Part shown: one piece after another, positions 21,716-31,918 of the stretch
Layout: every line of letters begins with the position of its first letter
Position numbering within the stretch: the first letter of the stretch is position 1
Made by a program: the position numbers and the translations under genes
Assembly (NCBI GenBank): GCA_002254605.1
Contig: NKPV01000001.1
Span: forward strand, 1-58,422
Reading direction: 5' to 3'
Length of the DNA stretch: 58,422 bases
Origin: Armatimonadetes bacterium JP3_11
GTDB taxonomy: Bacteria; Armatimonadota; Fimbriimonadia; Fimbriimonadales; GBS-DC
Notes under the pieces: model-generated
The model's database searches: none
What the model saw: the letters and a program-made list of their open reading frames with translations, nothing else
What the model was told of the DNA's origin: nothing

Positions 21716-23125
21716 ATGGCACAGCCCGATATTCTGAATCTGGATCAGGACTATAAGCAAAAGTACGGCTTCTATGATGACATCAAGCCGGTGTTCCAAA
21801 CCGAGCGCGGTCTGACGCGCCGCGTGGTGGAAGAAATCTCGTACCAAAAAAACGAGCCGAAGTGGATGCGCGACTTCCGCCTGGAGGCTTACGAAATCTT
21901 CATGAGCAAACCCATGCCCACTTGGGGACCCGACCTGTCAGGGCTCAACTTCGACGAGATTGTGTACTATATCAAGCCGACCGAGCGCCGAGGGCGGAGT
22001 TGGGACGAAGTGCCCGAAGACATTAAGCGCACCTTCGACCGACTGGGCATCCCGGAGTGGGAGCGCAAGTTCCTCGCGGGGGTGGGAGCCCAGTACGACT
22101 CTGAAGTGGTCTATCACAACCTTGCCAAGCAGTGGGAAGAGCAGGGCGTGATTTTCGTGGACACCGATACCGCCGTGCGCGAGTATCCCGATCTTGTGAG
22201 GGAATATTTTGGCACGGTGATTCCGCCCAGCGACAACAAGTTCGCTGCGCTCAACTCGGCGGTGTGGTCAGGGGGTTCGTTCGTATATGTGCCGGCGGGC
22301 GTGCGCGTGGAAATCCCGTTGCAAGCCTACTTCCGCATCAACGCCAAGAACGCGGGTCAGTTCGAGCGCACGCTGATTATCGCCGAAGAAGGCTCCTTCG
22401 TGCATTATGTGGAGGGCTGCACGGCGCCCGTGTACGCCGAGGAAGCCTTGCACAGCGCGGTCGTGGAGATTATCGTCAAGCGCGGCGCGCGCGTGCGCTA
22501 CACCACCATCCAGAACTGGTCGAAGGATGTGTACAACCTCGTGACCAAGCGCGCCGTTGCGTATGGCGATGCAGTGATGGAATGGGTGGATGGCAATATC
22601 GGCTCCCGCGTGACCCAAAAGTATCCGTCCGTTTACCTCATGGAGCCGGGCGCGCGCGGCGAAATCCTCTCTGTCGCGTTCGCAGGCGATGGTCAGCACC
22701 AAGATACGGGCGGCAAGCTCATCTACGCCGCACCCTACACCACCGGGCGCATCACCTCCAAGTCAATTTCCAAAGGCACGGGGCGCGCCAGCTATCGCGG
22801 GCTGGTGCAGGTGCTGGAAGGCGCACACCACGCAAAGTGCAATGTGGAGTGCGACGCGCTGCTGCTCGATGAAGACGCTAAGACCGACACCTACCCCTAC
22901 ATCGAAATCAACGAGAAAGAGGTCACCATCGGGCACGAGGCGCGCGTGAGCAAAGTCAGCGACGAGCAGATCTTCTATCTCCAGAGCCGTGGGCTCAAAA
23001 AAGACGAAGCGCTGACCCTGATTGTGTCGGGCTTCATCGAGCCGCTGGCGAAGCAACTCCCGATGGAGTACGCCGTCGAGTTGAACCGCCTCATTGAACT
23101 GGAGATGGAAGGCTCTGTCGGCTAA
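21716..23125 (+). CDS. sufB: Fe-S cluster assembly scaffold SufB
   Basis: 469 aa. Typical SufB blocks ([73 protein letters not shown]). Confidence 0.95.
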   Translation: MAQPDILNLDQDYKQKYGFYDDIKPVFQTERGLTRRVVEEISYQKNEPKWMRDFRLEAYEIFMSKPMPTWGPDLSGLNFDEIVYYIKPTERRGRSWDEVPEDIKRTFDRLGIPEWERKFLAGVGAQYDSEVVYHNLAKQWEEQGVIFVDTDTAVREYPDLVREYFGTVIPPSDNKFAALNSAVWSGGSFVYVPAGVRVEIPLQAYFRINAKNAGQFERTLIIAEEGSFVHYVEGCTAPVYAEEALHSAVVEIIVKRGARVRYTTIQNWSKDVYNLVTKRAVAYGDAVMEWVDGNIGSRVTQKYPSVYLMEPGARGEILSVAFAGDGQHQDTGGKLIYAAPYTTGRITSKSISKGTGRASYRGLVQVLEGAHHAKCNVECDALLLDEDAKTDTYPYIEINEKEVTIGHEARVSKVSDEQIFYLQSRGLKKDEALTLIVSGFIEPLAKQLPMEYAVELNRLIELEMEGSVG

Positions 23126-23153
23126 CGACTTATCGCCAACCCGCTCCCGAAAA

Positions 23154-23188
23154 CGCTCCCCAACCTTTGGTTTGGGGAGCGTATTTTT
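23154..23188 (+). terminator. Rho-independent terminator after sufB
   Basis: 10-bp stem CGCTCCCCAA / TTGGGGAGCG with an 8-nt loop, followed by TATTTTT. Begins 29 nt after the stop. Confidence 0.8.
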
Positions 23189-23266
23189 GCGAGCCGTCGG
23201 GTTCATGCGGGTCTTGTTCCGAGCCGTAGCGATGAACGCCGACGCTGTTTCTGGGTGGGGGGTTCT

Positions 23267-26134
23267 CTACTCGCGCGTGATGGTTTCGTCCAGATTGAGT
23301 AGGGCGTTGGCGACCAGCGTGAGGGCGGCGCGGTGGGCGTCGGGTTCACCCACGAGCATTTTCGCGGCGTCGGGCTGGCGAGCGTAGCGTTCGCGCATCT
23401 GGCGGTAGAGTTGCTCCAATCGCTGGAGCTCGGCTGGCGTGGGTTCACGCGCGGTGCAGCAGCGGAACCCGTAGCGCAGGCTCGCTTGCAGGTTGCCTTT
23501 GCCCCGTTGCGCCATGCGTTGCGCTAACCCTGCCGCCGCTTCCATATACGCTGGGTCGTTCAGCAGCACCAACGACTGCAAGGGGGTGTTTGTGCGCGGG
23601 CGCATCGCCACGCAGACCTCGCGCGAGTGGGCGTCAAACGCGACCATCGAAGGGTAGGGCGCCGTGCGTCGCCAGAAGGTATATAGCCCGCGCCGATAGC
23701 GGTTCTCGTCGGTGTCGGTGACCCAGCGGTCGGCGTTGAAGGGGATGTCCCACACGCCTTCGGGCTGCGGCGGGAACACGCTCGGTCCGCCGATTTTGCG
23801 GCTCAGCAACCCGCTAATCGCGAGCGCGTTATCGCGCACCAGCTCGGCGGGCAGGCGATAGCGCGGCGCACGTGCGTAGAGTTCGTTCTTTGGGTCGCGT
23901 TCCAACAGTTCGGGCGTTATGCGGGAGCTTTGGCGATAGGTGGAGCTGGTCACGATAAGCCGATAAATGTGCTTCATGCTCCACCCGCGCTCCATAAACT
24001 CCACGGCGAGCCAGTCAAGCAGCTCGGGGTGGGTCGGATACGCGCCTTGAGTGCCGAAATTATCGAGGGTTTCCACGAGTCCGCGCCCGAAGATTGTCGC
24101 CCACATGCGGTTCACCTGCACACGCGCAGTGAGCGGGTTCTCGCGCGAAACGAGCCAAAGCGCAAGCCCCAGTCGGTTGCGCGGCGCATCCTTCGGAAAC
24201 GGGTGCAACACGGCAGGCACGCCTGTCTCGACGGTCTCCCCCGCTCGCGTGAACTCGCCGCGCGGACGCACCACCGCGGTAAGCGGTTTGTCGGTTGGGT
24301 TGTCCTCCATCACCAGCGCGGTGGGAATCTGGCGTTTGAGCGTTTCGTATTCGCGACGGAGCGTCCACAGGCGCAGGGCATCGCCCAGCGGCGCACGCAC
24401 TCGGAACCGCCCCAGCACATGTTTGGGATGTTTAGTGTAGCGGCACTCCAGCGTCAGTTCGGCTTCTGTGGGCTGCGCGAGTCGCAGGGGACGCTCCAGC
24501 CAGAGTTCCAGCGTCTGCGGTTTACCGAGGTGTCCATCTAACGCCCAGCCGTTTTCGGTGTTGTCGGGCTTCAGCGCGTGGCGTGGGTCAAAACCATTTT
24601 GCACGGCGGTCGCGCGGGCTGCGCCAAACGCGAGAGGCTTGCCCCCAATCGTCATCCGCACGCCCGTTAGCACAAAGTTGCCGTTGCCTGCGCGTCCAGG
24701 TCCCTTGTAAGGCAACGACTCGTGGGGCAAAACTTCCAACAGAATCACGCGCACCTCGCCTTTCGGCAATCGGATGCGCACGCGATAAATCTCGGTATCG
24801 GGTGTTTCCCCGTGTGCCAGCACCGAGCCGTCGTCGAATAATTTCAGGGTGGAGCCGTTCTCTGCGCTCATCGCCACGGGCGTGAGCGTTGTGGGTTCCC
24901 GGACGCCGCGTTGCTCGATTTGTTTAATTTGCGCCTCCAGCGCCGCAAGTTGACGCTCCTGCTCTGGCGTGGGGGCAGGGATCTGCGCTTCCAGCCACTT
25001 CTCCTCACTGACGCTGGCGTCGCCAACAGGGTAGATTTTGGAGTTGTTGAAAAACGCCAGCAACTGGTAATACTCTTTCTGTTTGAAGGGGTCGTATTTA
25101 TGGTCGTGGCAGCGAGCGCAGTTCATGGTAACCCCTAACCACACGGTCGCTGTGGTGTCCACGCGGTCGTAGAGTTTATGTTCGTGCGCTTCTGCCTGAT
25201 CCACGCCGCCTTCGAGGTTCTGCATCGTGTTGCGGTGGAAGCCTGTCGCGATGCGCTGCGCGAGCGTTGGGTTCGGCAACAGGTCGCCTGCGATCTGCTC
25301 GATGGTGAACTGATCAAACGGCATATCGCGGTTGAACGCCTCAATGACCCAATCGCGATAGCGCCACATTGTGCGGCGCAGGTCTTTTTCAAAGCCGTCC
25401 GTGTCGGCGTAGCGGGCGAGGTCGAGCCACACGATCGCCTGTCGCTCGCCGTAATGCGGAGAGTTGAGCAGTTTGTCCACCAGGCGTTCGTAGGCGTCGG
25501 GGCGTTTATCTTTCAGGAAGGCGTCTACCTCTTCAGGCGAGGGGGGTAGCCCGATTAAATCCAGATAGAGGCGTCGGATGAGCGTCTCTTTGGGGGCTTC
25601 TGGGGCGGGCGACAGCCCCTCTTGCTCCAGCCGATGAAGGATAAACGCGTCGATGGGGTTGCGCACCCACGCTTTGTTTTTGACCTCAGGCACGGGCGGG
25701 CGTTTCGGGGGGATAAACGCCCAGTGGACGGCGTTCTCCGCGCCTTCGGGCCACTCCGCGCCCTCGTTAATCCAGCGCTTAATCAGTTCAATCTGTTCGG
25801 GCGAGAGGGCAGTCATCCCCTTGGGCATGCGCGGACCTTCTTCGTCGGAGCTGATGCGTTTCACAAGTAGACTGTTCTCGGCGTCGCCGGGGATAATCAC
25901 GCGCCCACTAATACCCCCCTTGAATGCCTCCTCGCGATTACTGAGGCGCAGCCCCCCTTGTCGGCGTTCGGGACCGTGGCAAGGGAAGCAGGAGGCTTTG
26001 AAAATCGGCAGGATTTCGCGGGCGAAGTCCACCTTACGCTGGGGCGGAGGCGGCACCGGCGCGTTCCAAACCAACCCACCTAACGCCAGCGGCAGCCCGA
26101 TGTAACTTACCCATAACGCCAGCACGCTGCGCAT
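23267..26134 (-). CDS. PSCyt (planctomycete cytochrome c)-DUF1549-DUF1553 protein
   Basis: N-terminal anchor, then haem-binding CFPCHGPERRQGGLRLSNRE. The long DUF1549/DUF1553-type body includes CARCHDHKYDP. 955 aa. Confidence 0.85.
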   Translation of the reverse strand: MRSVLALWVSYIGLPLALGGLVWNAPVPPPPQRKVDFAREILPIFKASCFPCHGPERRQGGLRLSNREEAFKGGISGRVIIPGDAENSLLVKRISSDEEGPRMPKGMTALSPEQIELIKRWINEGAEWPEGAENAVHWAFIPPKRPPVPEVKNKAWVRNPIDAFILHRLEQEGLSPAPEAPKETLIRRLYLDLIGLPPSPEEVDAFLKDKRPDAYERLVDKLLNSPHYGERQAIVWLDLARYADTDGFEKDLRRTMWRYRDWVIEAFNRDMPFDQFTIEQIAGDLLPNPTLAQRIATGFHRNTMQNLEGGVDQAEAHEHKLYDRVDTTATVWLGVTMNCARCHDHKYDPFKQKEYYQLLAFFNNSKIYPVGDASVSEEKWLEAQIPAPTPEQERQLAALEAQIKQIEQRGVREPTTLTPVAMSAENGSTLKLFDDGSVLAHGETPDTEIYRVRIRLPKGEVRVILLEVLPHESLPYKGPGRAGNGNFVLTGVRMTIGGKPLAFGAARATAVQNGFDPRHALKPDNTENGWALDGHLGKPQTLELWLERPLRLAQPTEAELTLECRYTKHPKHVLGRFRVRAPLGDALRLWTLRREYETLKRQIPTALVMEDNPTDKPLTAVVRPRGEFTRAGETVETGVPAVLHPFPKDAPRNRLGLALWLVSRENPLTARVQVNRMWATIFGRGLVETLDNFGTQGAYPTHPELLDWLAVEFMERGWSMKHIYRLIVTSSTYRQSSRITPELLERDPKNELYARAPRYRLPAELVRDNALAISGLLSRKIGGPSVFPPQPEGVWDIPFNADRWVTDTDENRYRRGLYTFWRRTAPYPSMVAFDAHSREVCVAMRPRTNTPLQSLVLLNDPAYMEAAAGLAQRMAQRGKGNLQASLRYGFRCCTAREPTPAELQRLEQLYRQMRERYARQPDAAKMLVGEPDAHRAALTLVANALLNLDETITRE

Positions 26135-26140
26135 ATGCTA

Positions 26141-26146
26141 ATTATA
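26141..26146 (-). promoter_or_regulatory. -10 box TATAAT, 6 nt upstream of the PSCyt-gene ATG (leaderless geometry)
   Basis: Minus strand reads TCTATAAT-tagcat-ATGCGCAGC. No SD motif. Confidence 0.5.
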
Positions 26147-26212
26147 GACTACTCAATTGCAAATTCCTGTTGGTGCGGCTGCAGGGGCGCCGCCGTGCTC
26201 CTGCTTTTGAGG

Positions 26213-28012
26213 TCAATCCCCCACTTTCAACACGCTGAGGAACGCCTCTTGGGGCACTTCCACCGAGCCAACCTGTTTCATGCGCTTTTTGCCCTCTTTT
26301 TGGCGTTCCAGCAGTTTGCGCTTGCGCGTGATGTCGCCGCCGTAGCACTTGGCGATCACATTTTTGCGGAACGGTTTGATCGTTTCGGAGGCGATAACAC
26401 GCGCACCAATCGCTGCTTGAATACGCACCTCGAACTGCTGGCGCGGGACGACCTCCTTGAGCTTCTCGACCAAGGCGCGGGCGCGAGGATAGGCACGCTC
26501 ACGGGGTGTGATAAAACTCAGCGCGTCCACAGGGTCGCCATTGATGAGGATGTCAATCTTCACCATATCCGCCTCGCGATAACCTGCTGGCTCGTAGTCG
26601 AACGAGGCGAAGCCGCGCGTGCGGGTCTTAAGCTGGTCATAGAAGTCGAGCAGGATCTCACTTAGGGGCAGGCGGTAGTAGAGGATCACGCGCTGCGGCG
26701 TCGGATACTCCATCTTCACGAACTCGCCTCGACGGTTCATGCACAAGTCCATCACAGCCCCCACATAGTCGTTCGGCACCATAACCGTCGCGTTCACGAT
26801 GGGCTCTTCCACGCGCTCGATTTTGCCTGGGTTGGGCCAATGGGTCGGATTGTCGATTTCCAGCGTCTCGCCGTCTTCGGTGTAGACGCGATAGGCGACG
26901 CTGGGCGCGGTGGCGATGAGTTCCAGCCCGAACTCACGTTCCAGCCGCTCCTGCACGATCTCCATGTGCAGCAGCCCCAGAAATCCGCAGCGGAACCCAA
27001 ATCCGAGCGCGGCGCTGTTTTCGGGTTCGAAGCTAATCGCGGCGTCGTTGAGGCTCAGTTTCTCTAAGGCGTCGCGCAGGTCGGCGTACTTATCGCCCTC
27101 CACAGGATACAGCCCACAAAACACCATCGGCTTCACCTTGCGAAAGCCGGGGAGCGGTTCCTGCGCGGGATTGGTTGCGGAGGTAATCGTGTCGCCCACT
27201 TGCGCGTCTTTGACCGACTTGATGGACGCCGTGATATAGCCCACCTCGCCCGTGTGCAGCGCGTTCGCGGGGCTAAGTTTCGGGGTGAAGTAGCCCACCT
27301 GCGTTACCTCAAAGGTCTTGCCGTTCGCCATAAACATAATCTTGTCGCCGGGCTTCACACTGCCGTCCACCACACGCACATACGCCACCACGCCCACATA
27401 GGCGTCGTAGTGGGAATCGTACACCAATGCGCGCAGGGGGGCGTTCGGGTTGCCCTTGGGCGGCGGCACACGCTCCACAATCGCGTCCAGAATCGCTTCG
27501 ATGCCGATTCCTTCCTTCGCGCTTGCCAAAATCACCTCGTCGGGGTCAATCAGCAGCGCATGTTCCATCTCCTCTTTCACACGCTCTGGGTCTGCGGCGG
27601 GCAGGTCGATTTTGTTAATCACGGGCACAATCGCCAGCCCCTGGTTATAGGCAAGATTGGTGTTGGCGATGGTTTGCGCTTCCACCCCTTGCGCGGCATC
27701 CACCACCAGAATCGCGCCCTCACATGCCGCAAGGCTGCGCGACACTTCGTAAGTGAAGTCCACATGTCCCGGCGTGTCAATCAGGTTCAGTTGATAGGTT
27801 TTGCCGTCTTTAGCGGTGTATTGCAGGCGCACGGCGGTCATCTTAATCGTGATGCCGCGTTCACGCTCCAGATCCATCGTATCCAGCACCTGCTCGACGG
27901 GGGTGCCTTTCTGGATAGCGCCGGTGAACTCCAAAAGACGGTCTGCTAAAGTGGACTTGCCGTGATCCACATGGGCGATAATGCAAAAGTTGCGTATCAA
28001 CGCCTGATTCAT
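26213..28012 (-). CDS. lepA: Translation elongation factor 4 (LepA)
   Basis: [42 protein letters not shown], and the C-terminal LepA-specific domain (...[31 protein letters not shown]). Confidence 0.95.
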   Translation of the reverse strand: MNQALIRNFCIIAHVDHGKSTLADRLLEFTGAIQKGTPVEQVLDTMDLERERGITIKMTAVRLQYTAKDGKTYQLNLIDTPGHVDFTYEVSRSLAACEGAILVVDAAQGVEAQTIANTNLAYNQGLAIVPVINKIDLPAADPERVKEEMEHALLIDPDEVILASAKEGIGIEAILDAIVERVPPPKGNPNAPLRALVYDSHYDAYVGVVAYVRVVDGSVKPGDKIMFMANGKTFEVTQVGYFTPKLSPANALHTGEVGYITASIKSVKDAQVGDTITSATNPAQEPLPGFRKVKPMVFCGLYPVEGDKYADLRDALEKLSLNDAAISFEPENSAALGFGFRCGFLGLLHMEIVQERLEREFGLELIATAPSVAYRVYTEDGETLEIDNPTHWPNPGKIERVEEPIVNATVMVPNDYVGAVMDLCMNRRGEFVKMEYPTPQRVILYYRLPLSEILLDFYDQLKTRTRGFASFDYEPAGYREADMVKIDILINGDPVDALSFITPRERAYPRARALVEKLKEVVPRQQFEVRIQAAIGARVIASETIKPFRKNVIAKCYGGDITRKRKLLERQKEGKKRMKQVGSVEVPQEAFLSVLKVGD

Positions 28013-28021
28013 AGCGAGGAA

Positions 28022-28027
28022 ATTGTA
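28022..28027 (-). promoter_or_regulatory. -10 box TACAAT, 9 nt upstream of the lepA ATG (leaderless-type geometry)
   Basis: Minus strand reads AGGTACAAT-ttcctcgct-ATG. No SD motif. Confidence 0.45.
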
Positions 28028-28061
28028 CCTGAACCGCGCCTCGGCAGGTATACGGATGCGA

Positions 28062-29366
28062 TTATCGGTGGACTTTGGCGGGTGGAACGGGCGCCCGCTC
28101 CAGCATGGTCTTGGTCAGGTGGGGGGTGAAATCGCGGTAGAGTGCCTGCAAGTAGTCCTGAATCGGTTCGCTACTTAGATACCGTTCCAACGCAGTCCAA
28201 TCGATCTGCACGCCTGAGCGTGGGATCAGGTGATACTCTTCCCGCCACGGGTAGCCCCGCCAGTCCACCGCGCAAACAAGCCGCGTGCCCTTCGTGTGTC
28301 CGACCACGAGGTGGGGCTGCGCGTAGAATCGGCGGAGTTGCGGCGCGTCTTCACGAAGCATCCACCACCCACTATAACATGTCTCGTAGTCGATTCGCCC
28401 CACTTTCAAGTTGCGCCCCGTCAGCACCGGGACATCGTCTGGCTGGGGGACCGTGCGAACCAATCCGCTCTTGCGAAACTCTGTGCTACGCGCCGCAAAG
28501 TGAATATGAACCAGCTCACCCAACGGCACACCCGATCGCTCAAACGCCAGCCACTCGGGAGTTTCAAAACGGATCAGTTCGCCTTGGTAGTCGCTTTTTT
28601 CAACCACAGGGGACACACGGCTGGCTGAGCCGACGGAACGCCATGCGTCATCCGATAAGTCATACAACGCTAACCCCCGCCCGCCAAGTAGAAAACGCAA
28701 CACCACCGCCGACACATGCACCTTCGGGAATACTCTGCCCACATAAAACACTTCCACGCGACCCCGCTCTGCAAGAAAATCTCTAAGCAGCGCAAAATCG
28801 TCCAGCACGAGCCAAGTCGTGGGCACAATCAGCACCAGTTTTCCGTGCGGCTGCAAGAGGCGCACGGCTTTCTCAATAAACGCGCCGTAGAGATTATATT
28901 TGCCTTTCCATGTTGCGGTGCGCCGTTTGTATTCCGCTTTGCGCTCCTTGAGCAAGTGAATGGGATAGTGCGAGGCATCCCCCACAATCCCATAAGGCGG
29001 GTTGCCCAAAATCACATCAAACCGTTCGGCGGTGTCCCAAAGTAGAAAGTCCGCGTGAATCAGGCGAATCGCAGGATGGAGGCGGGGTTTCGTCATTTCG
29101 ACAGTCTCGGCATGAAGTTCCACGCCCACGAAGCCGTGATGGTCGCCGTAATTTTGGAGGAATTCGGTAAGGAATCGCGCATCGGCGCAGGCAGGTTCCA
29201 GAACGCGGACGGTTGTGTTCGCGGGTGGCGCTGCAAGAGCGGTCATAAACTGCACAATCTGGGGTGGGGTAGGCACAAAGCCCAACGCACGATGCCAGTC
29301 CGTTGGGAGACGGCGGCTGCTCCAAAGCGGATTGCCGCCTGCAGAGAGTGCCGAATGCGCTACCAT
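28062..29366 (-). CDS. N6-adenine DNA methyltransferase, gamma class, M.TaqI-like (with TaqI-type C-terminal recognition domain)
   Basis: Motif [12 protein letters not shown] and motif [10 protein letters not shown]. Long collinear resemblance, from my memory of M.TaqI: [84 protein letters not shown]. Start ATG 29366 aligns with the M.TaqI N-terminus and has TACAAT 8 nt upstream. Confidence 0.8.
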   Translation of the reverse strand: MVAHSALSAGGNPLWSSRRLPTDWHRALGFVPTPPQIVQFMTALAAPPANTTVRVLEPACADARFLTEFLQNYGDHHGFVGVELHAETVEMTKPRLHPAIRLIHADFLLWDTAERFDVILGNPPYGIVGDASHYPIHLLKERKAEYKRRTATWKGKYNLYGAFIEKAVRLLQPHGKLVLIVPTTWLVLDDFALLRDFLAERGRVEVFYVGRVFPKVHVSAVVLRFLLGGRGLALYDLSDDAWRSVGSASRVSPVVEKSDYQGELIRFETPEWLAFERSGVPLGELVHIHFAARSTEFRKSGLVRTVPQPDDVPVLTGRNLKVGRIDYETCYSGWWMLREDAPQLRRFYAQPHLVVGHTKGTRLVCAVDWRGYPWREEYHLIPRSGVQIDWTALERYLSSEPIQDYLQALYRDFTPHLTKTMLERAPVPPAKVHR

Positions 29367-29374
29367 GCCAGAGG

Positions 29375-29380
29375 ATTGTA
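29375..29380 (-). promoter_or_regulatory. -10 box TACAAT, 8 nt upstream of the methyltransferase ATG (leaderless-type geometry)
   Basis: Minus strand reads CGGTACAAT-cctctggc-ATG. Confidence 0.45.
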
Positions 29381-29479
29381 CCGAATGAGCGACCCGTTCG
29401 CTCTGGAGACGCCAGTGAGCTGCCAAAATAAGCGCAGGATTTGCACGCAACGAGAAGTATTTAAATGTGCGGTGAAACT

Positions 29480-30595
29480 ATGTTCAAAGGCGTGCCATTG
29501 ACGCTGGGCGTCGAGGAAGAGTATCAGATTGTGGATGCAGAGACCCGCGCGCTCGATTCGTATGTCTCGAAAATCCTGCCCGATGGGCGTGTGCGGCTCC
29601 AAGACCAGGTGAAAGAGGAGTTCATGATGTCGCAGATTGAGGTGGGCAGTCATGTTTGTGCAAACATTCACGAGGTACGGCAGGAACTGTGTCGCCTACG
29701 GGGTGCGCTGATTGAGATTGCCGAGTCGCAGGGGAAACGCATCGTGGCGGCGGGCACGCATCCGTTCTCGCGCTGGATGGAACAGACCATCACACCGCGC
29801 CTGCGCTACAAAGCCCTTGAAGAGAATATGCAGGACATCGCCCGACGCCTACTCATCTTCGGGATGCATGTGCATGTGGGGCTGGGCGATTTGGAGCTGA
29901 CGATCGATATCTTCAATCAGGCGCGTTATTTCCTGCCCCATCTGCTTGCCCTCTCGTGCAGTTCGCCTTTTTGGGATGGTAGGCGTACAGGGTTGATGTC
30001 CTACCGCAGTGTGGTCTTCGAGACGCTCCCACGCACCGGCATCCCCGACTCGTTCGCCTCGTATGCGGATTACGACCTGTTTATGAGTACCTTAGAGCGT
30101 GTCGGCGTCATCGACGATCGCACCAAAGTCTGGTGGGATGTGCGCCCGCACCCGAAATACAAAACACTGGAGTTTCGCGTCTGCGATGTGTGTACTCGTA
30201 TCGAGGACGCGGTATGTATTACTGCGATTGTGCAGGCACTGGTGGCGTTCCTGGTCGATCTGCGTTTGGGCAACCGTTCGTGGCGAATCTATCATCGCGA
30301 CCTGATACGTGAGAACAAATGGCGTGCGGTGCGCCACGGCGTGCGCGGTGAACTCATCGACTTCGGCGCGGGCAAGAGTGTGCCCTTCGACGAACTGGTC
30401 GAAGAGTTGCTCGCCTTGTTGCGCCCCTATGCAGAGCAGCTGGGCAGTTGGGATGCGGTCAAACACGCGCGGAAAATCGTGAAGGAGGGCACCAGTGCGG
30501 ATTGCCAGTTGCGCGTTTACGACGAATCGGGCGGCGACCTGAAGGCGGTTGTGGACTGGCTGGCAGACGCCACAAAGGCGGGAGCATGTTCTTGA
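29480..30595 (+). CDS. Carboxylate-amine ligase, YbdK / glutamate-cysteine ligase family 2
   Basis: MFKGVPLTLGVEEEYQIVDAETRAL...GTHPFSRW...GMHVHVG...SSPFWDG..., the characteristic GCS2 pattern. About 371 aa. Confidence 0.85.
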   Translation: MFKGVPLTLGVEEEYQIVDAETRALDSYVSKILPDGRVRLQDQVKEEFMMSQIEVGSHVCANIHEVRQELCRLRGALIEIAESQGKRIVAAGTHPFSRWMEQTITPRLRYKALEENMQDIARRLLIFGMHVHVGLGDLELTIDIFNQARYFLPHLLALSCSSPFWDGRRTGLMSYRSVVFETLPRTGIPDSFASYADYDLFMSTLERVGVIDDRTKVWWDVRPHPKYKTLEFRVCDVCTRIEDAVCITAIVQALVAFLVDLRLGNRSWRIYHRDLIRENKWRAVRHGVRGELIDFGAGKSVPFDELVEELLALLRPYAEQLGSWDAVKHARKIVKEGTSADCQLRVYDESGGDLKAVVDWLADATKAGACS

Positions 30596-30613
30596 GAACG
30601 CTGACGCGCAATT

Positions 30614-31048
30614 TCACTCCACCGACAGGTTGCGGAACCGTTGGGCGCTATGGTCTAAGTGCAACAGCAGAGTTTGATAGGCTTGCTCGATGCGTTGCTG
30701 GATTTGGGCGGCTTTCTCGCGTTCAGGAGAGCCTTCGGGGAAGCGGTTCGGGTCGCTACGCCCGATGAGTTCCCGGTAGGCGCGTCGTACCGCAGCAAGG
30801 TCGGAACCTTCAGGGAGCCCCAGCACGCGATAGGCACGTCGCAACTCGGTCTCGGCTTTGGGTGTCGCCGCGGGCGGCGTGGGCGCGTTAACTCCGAACT
30901 GCGGCTGCATGGCGCTTTGGAGCTCTTCCGCAGCCGCTTGACGCGCAGCGGTTTCCGCTGCCTCCTCGCGGAGAATGCTCTCTACGCGCTCCAGCAGTTC
31001 GTTCCAGTGTGCTTTCGCCAGTCGTGAGAGGCGTTTCCCCAGCGCCAT
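30614..31048 (-). CDS. J-domain-like protein lacking the HPD motif, with a PspA-like N-terminal amphipathic helix
   Basis: C-terminal half AYRVLGLPEGSDLAAVRRAYRELIGRSDPNRFPEGSPEREKAAQIQQRIEQAYQTLL resembles J-domain helices I-III, with RSDPN where HPD is expected. The N-terminus MALGKRLSRLAKAHWNELLERVE resembles PspA/IM30 helix 0/1. Its ATG lies 1 nt after the upstream TAA. Confidence 0.5.
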   Translation of the reverse strand: MALGKRLSRLAKAHWNELLERVESILREEAAETAARQAAAEELQSAMQPQFGVNAPTPPAATPKAETELRRAYRVLGLPEGSDLAAVRRAYRELIGRSDPNRFPEGSPEREKAAQIQQRIEQAYQTLLLHLDHSAQRFRNLSVE

Positions 31049-31049
31049 T

Positions 31050-31910
31050 TTACAAATCCCCCTGTAGCCCGAACGCCACGAACTGAATTGTACCTGCTCT
31101 CCCGCGCACGGTAAGGTTGAGTTGGGTGCGTTCACTTGCGCGTTGCTGCAGCGCAATGCGCCAACTCAGTTGCTCCGCGCGGGTTTGGTACGCGGCGGTG
31201 ATTTCAGGCTGGAACAGTAGTTCATGGAGTTGGATTCGGGCAGCGAACCAGTGCGTCGCGTCGATGCGCGCCCCTTCACTATAGAGCCACTCCAGTTGAG
31301 CATGGACGCCGCGGAAACGCAGGCTATAGTCTGCGCCGTAGAGGGTATCGTAGCCTTGCTGTGGGCGAGCGCGTTCGGGCAACTCCCAAATGGCAAAGGC
31401 GTGTGGAGTGATCCCGAAGTGTCTGCCGATGCCTACCGACACGCCGCCTGTCGCCGTGCCAACGCGCACAAAGACGCCCTGATGACGGTCAGCACCATTA
31501 TAGAGATAAGCGACGCGCATCGGCAAATCGCCAATCGCGAACCGCGTCGGCGATTGGAGGGCAATCACGCTTTCGTTCAGCAGCAACCCTGCTCCGAACG
31601 GTGCATAGAACTTGCCGATACGCCACCCTTCCAGCCGCTCGATGTACGCCTCATCCAAAGCGGTGCGGTCGCGGTCGGATTTGGGGTTCTGCAGTCGTTG
31701 CGCCACGTAGGCGCCGTAGCCCGCTTCGTGATACAGTTGCAAAAAGACCACAGAGTGGCGTCCTAAGTCGTCGTACCAGCGTAGGGTGAAGGTGTTCTCT
31801 TCCGCGCGTGCTTGCGAGTGCAGCCGTGCGCCGAAAAAGACCATCGGATGCTGCGCCGTAGCGGTTAGAATCAGTCCAGCCGCGACCCAAAAGAGCGCAA
31901 GCCGATGCAT
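31050..31910 (-). CDS. Hypothetical secreted protein, beta-barrel-like (porin-like strand pattern)
   Basis: Signal peptide MHRLALFWVAAGLILTATAQ. Alternating hydrophobic/aromatic strands (FTLRWYD, VVFLQLYHE, VAYLYNG, YSLRFRG, AQLEWLY, LNLTVRG). No family recognised. Confidence 0.5.
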   Translation of the reverse strand: MHRLALFWVAAGLILTATAQHPMVFFGARLHSQARAEENTFTLRWYDDLGRHSVVFLQLYHEAGYGAYVAQRLQNPKSDRDRTALDEAYIERLEGWRIGKFYAPFGAGLLLNESVIALQSPTRFAIGDLPMRVAYLYNGADRHQGVFVRVGTATGGVSVGIGRHFGITPHAFAIWELPERARPQQGYDTLYGADYSLRFRGVHAQLEWLYSEGARIDATHWFAARIQLHELLFQPEITAAYQTRAEQLSWRIALQQRASERTQLNLTVRGRAGTIQFVAFGLQGDL

Positions 31911-31918
31911 CGGGGGCT

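Noticed and set aside
26172-26205. Hairpin plus TTTT on the plus strand between the PSCyt start and the lepA stop, as a terminator.
   Set aside because: No plus-strand gene ends upstream of it. On the minus strand, which is the relevant one for lepA, the imperfect stem is not followed by a U-tract. It was left unannotated.
28062-30595. Complete type II restriction-modification system (methyltransferase plus neighbouring ORF as the endonuclease).
   Set aside because: The divergent neighbour is clearly a YbdK/GCS2 carboxylate-amine ligase (EEE...HVHVG pattern) and the downstream neighbour is lepA. No endonuclease-like ORF fits in the 49-nt and 113-nt gaps.
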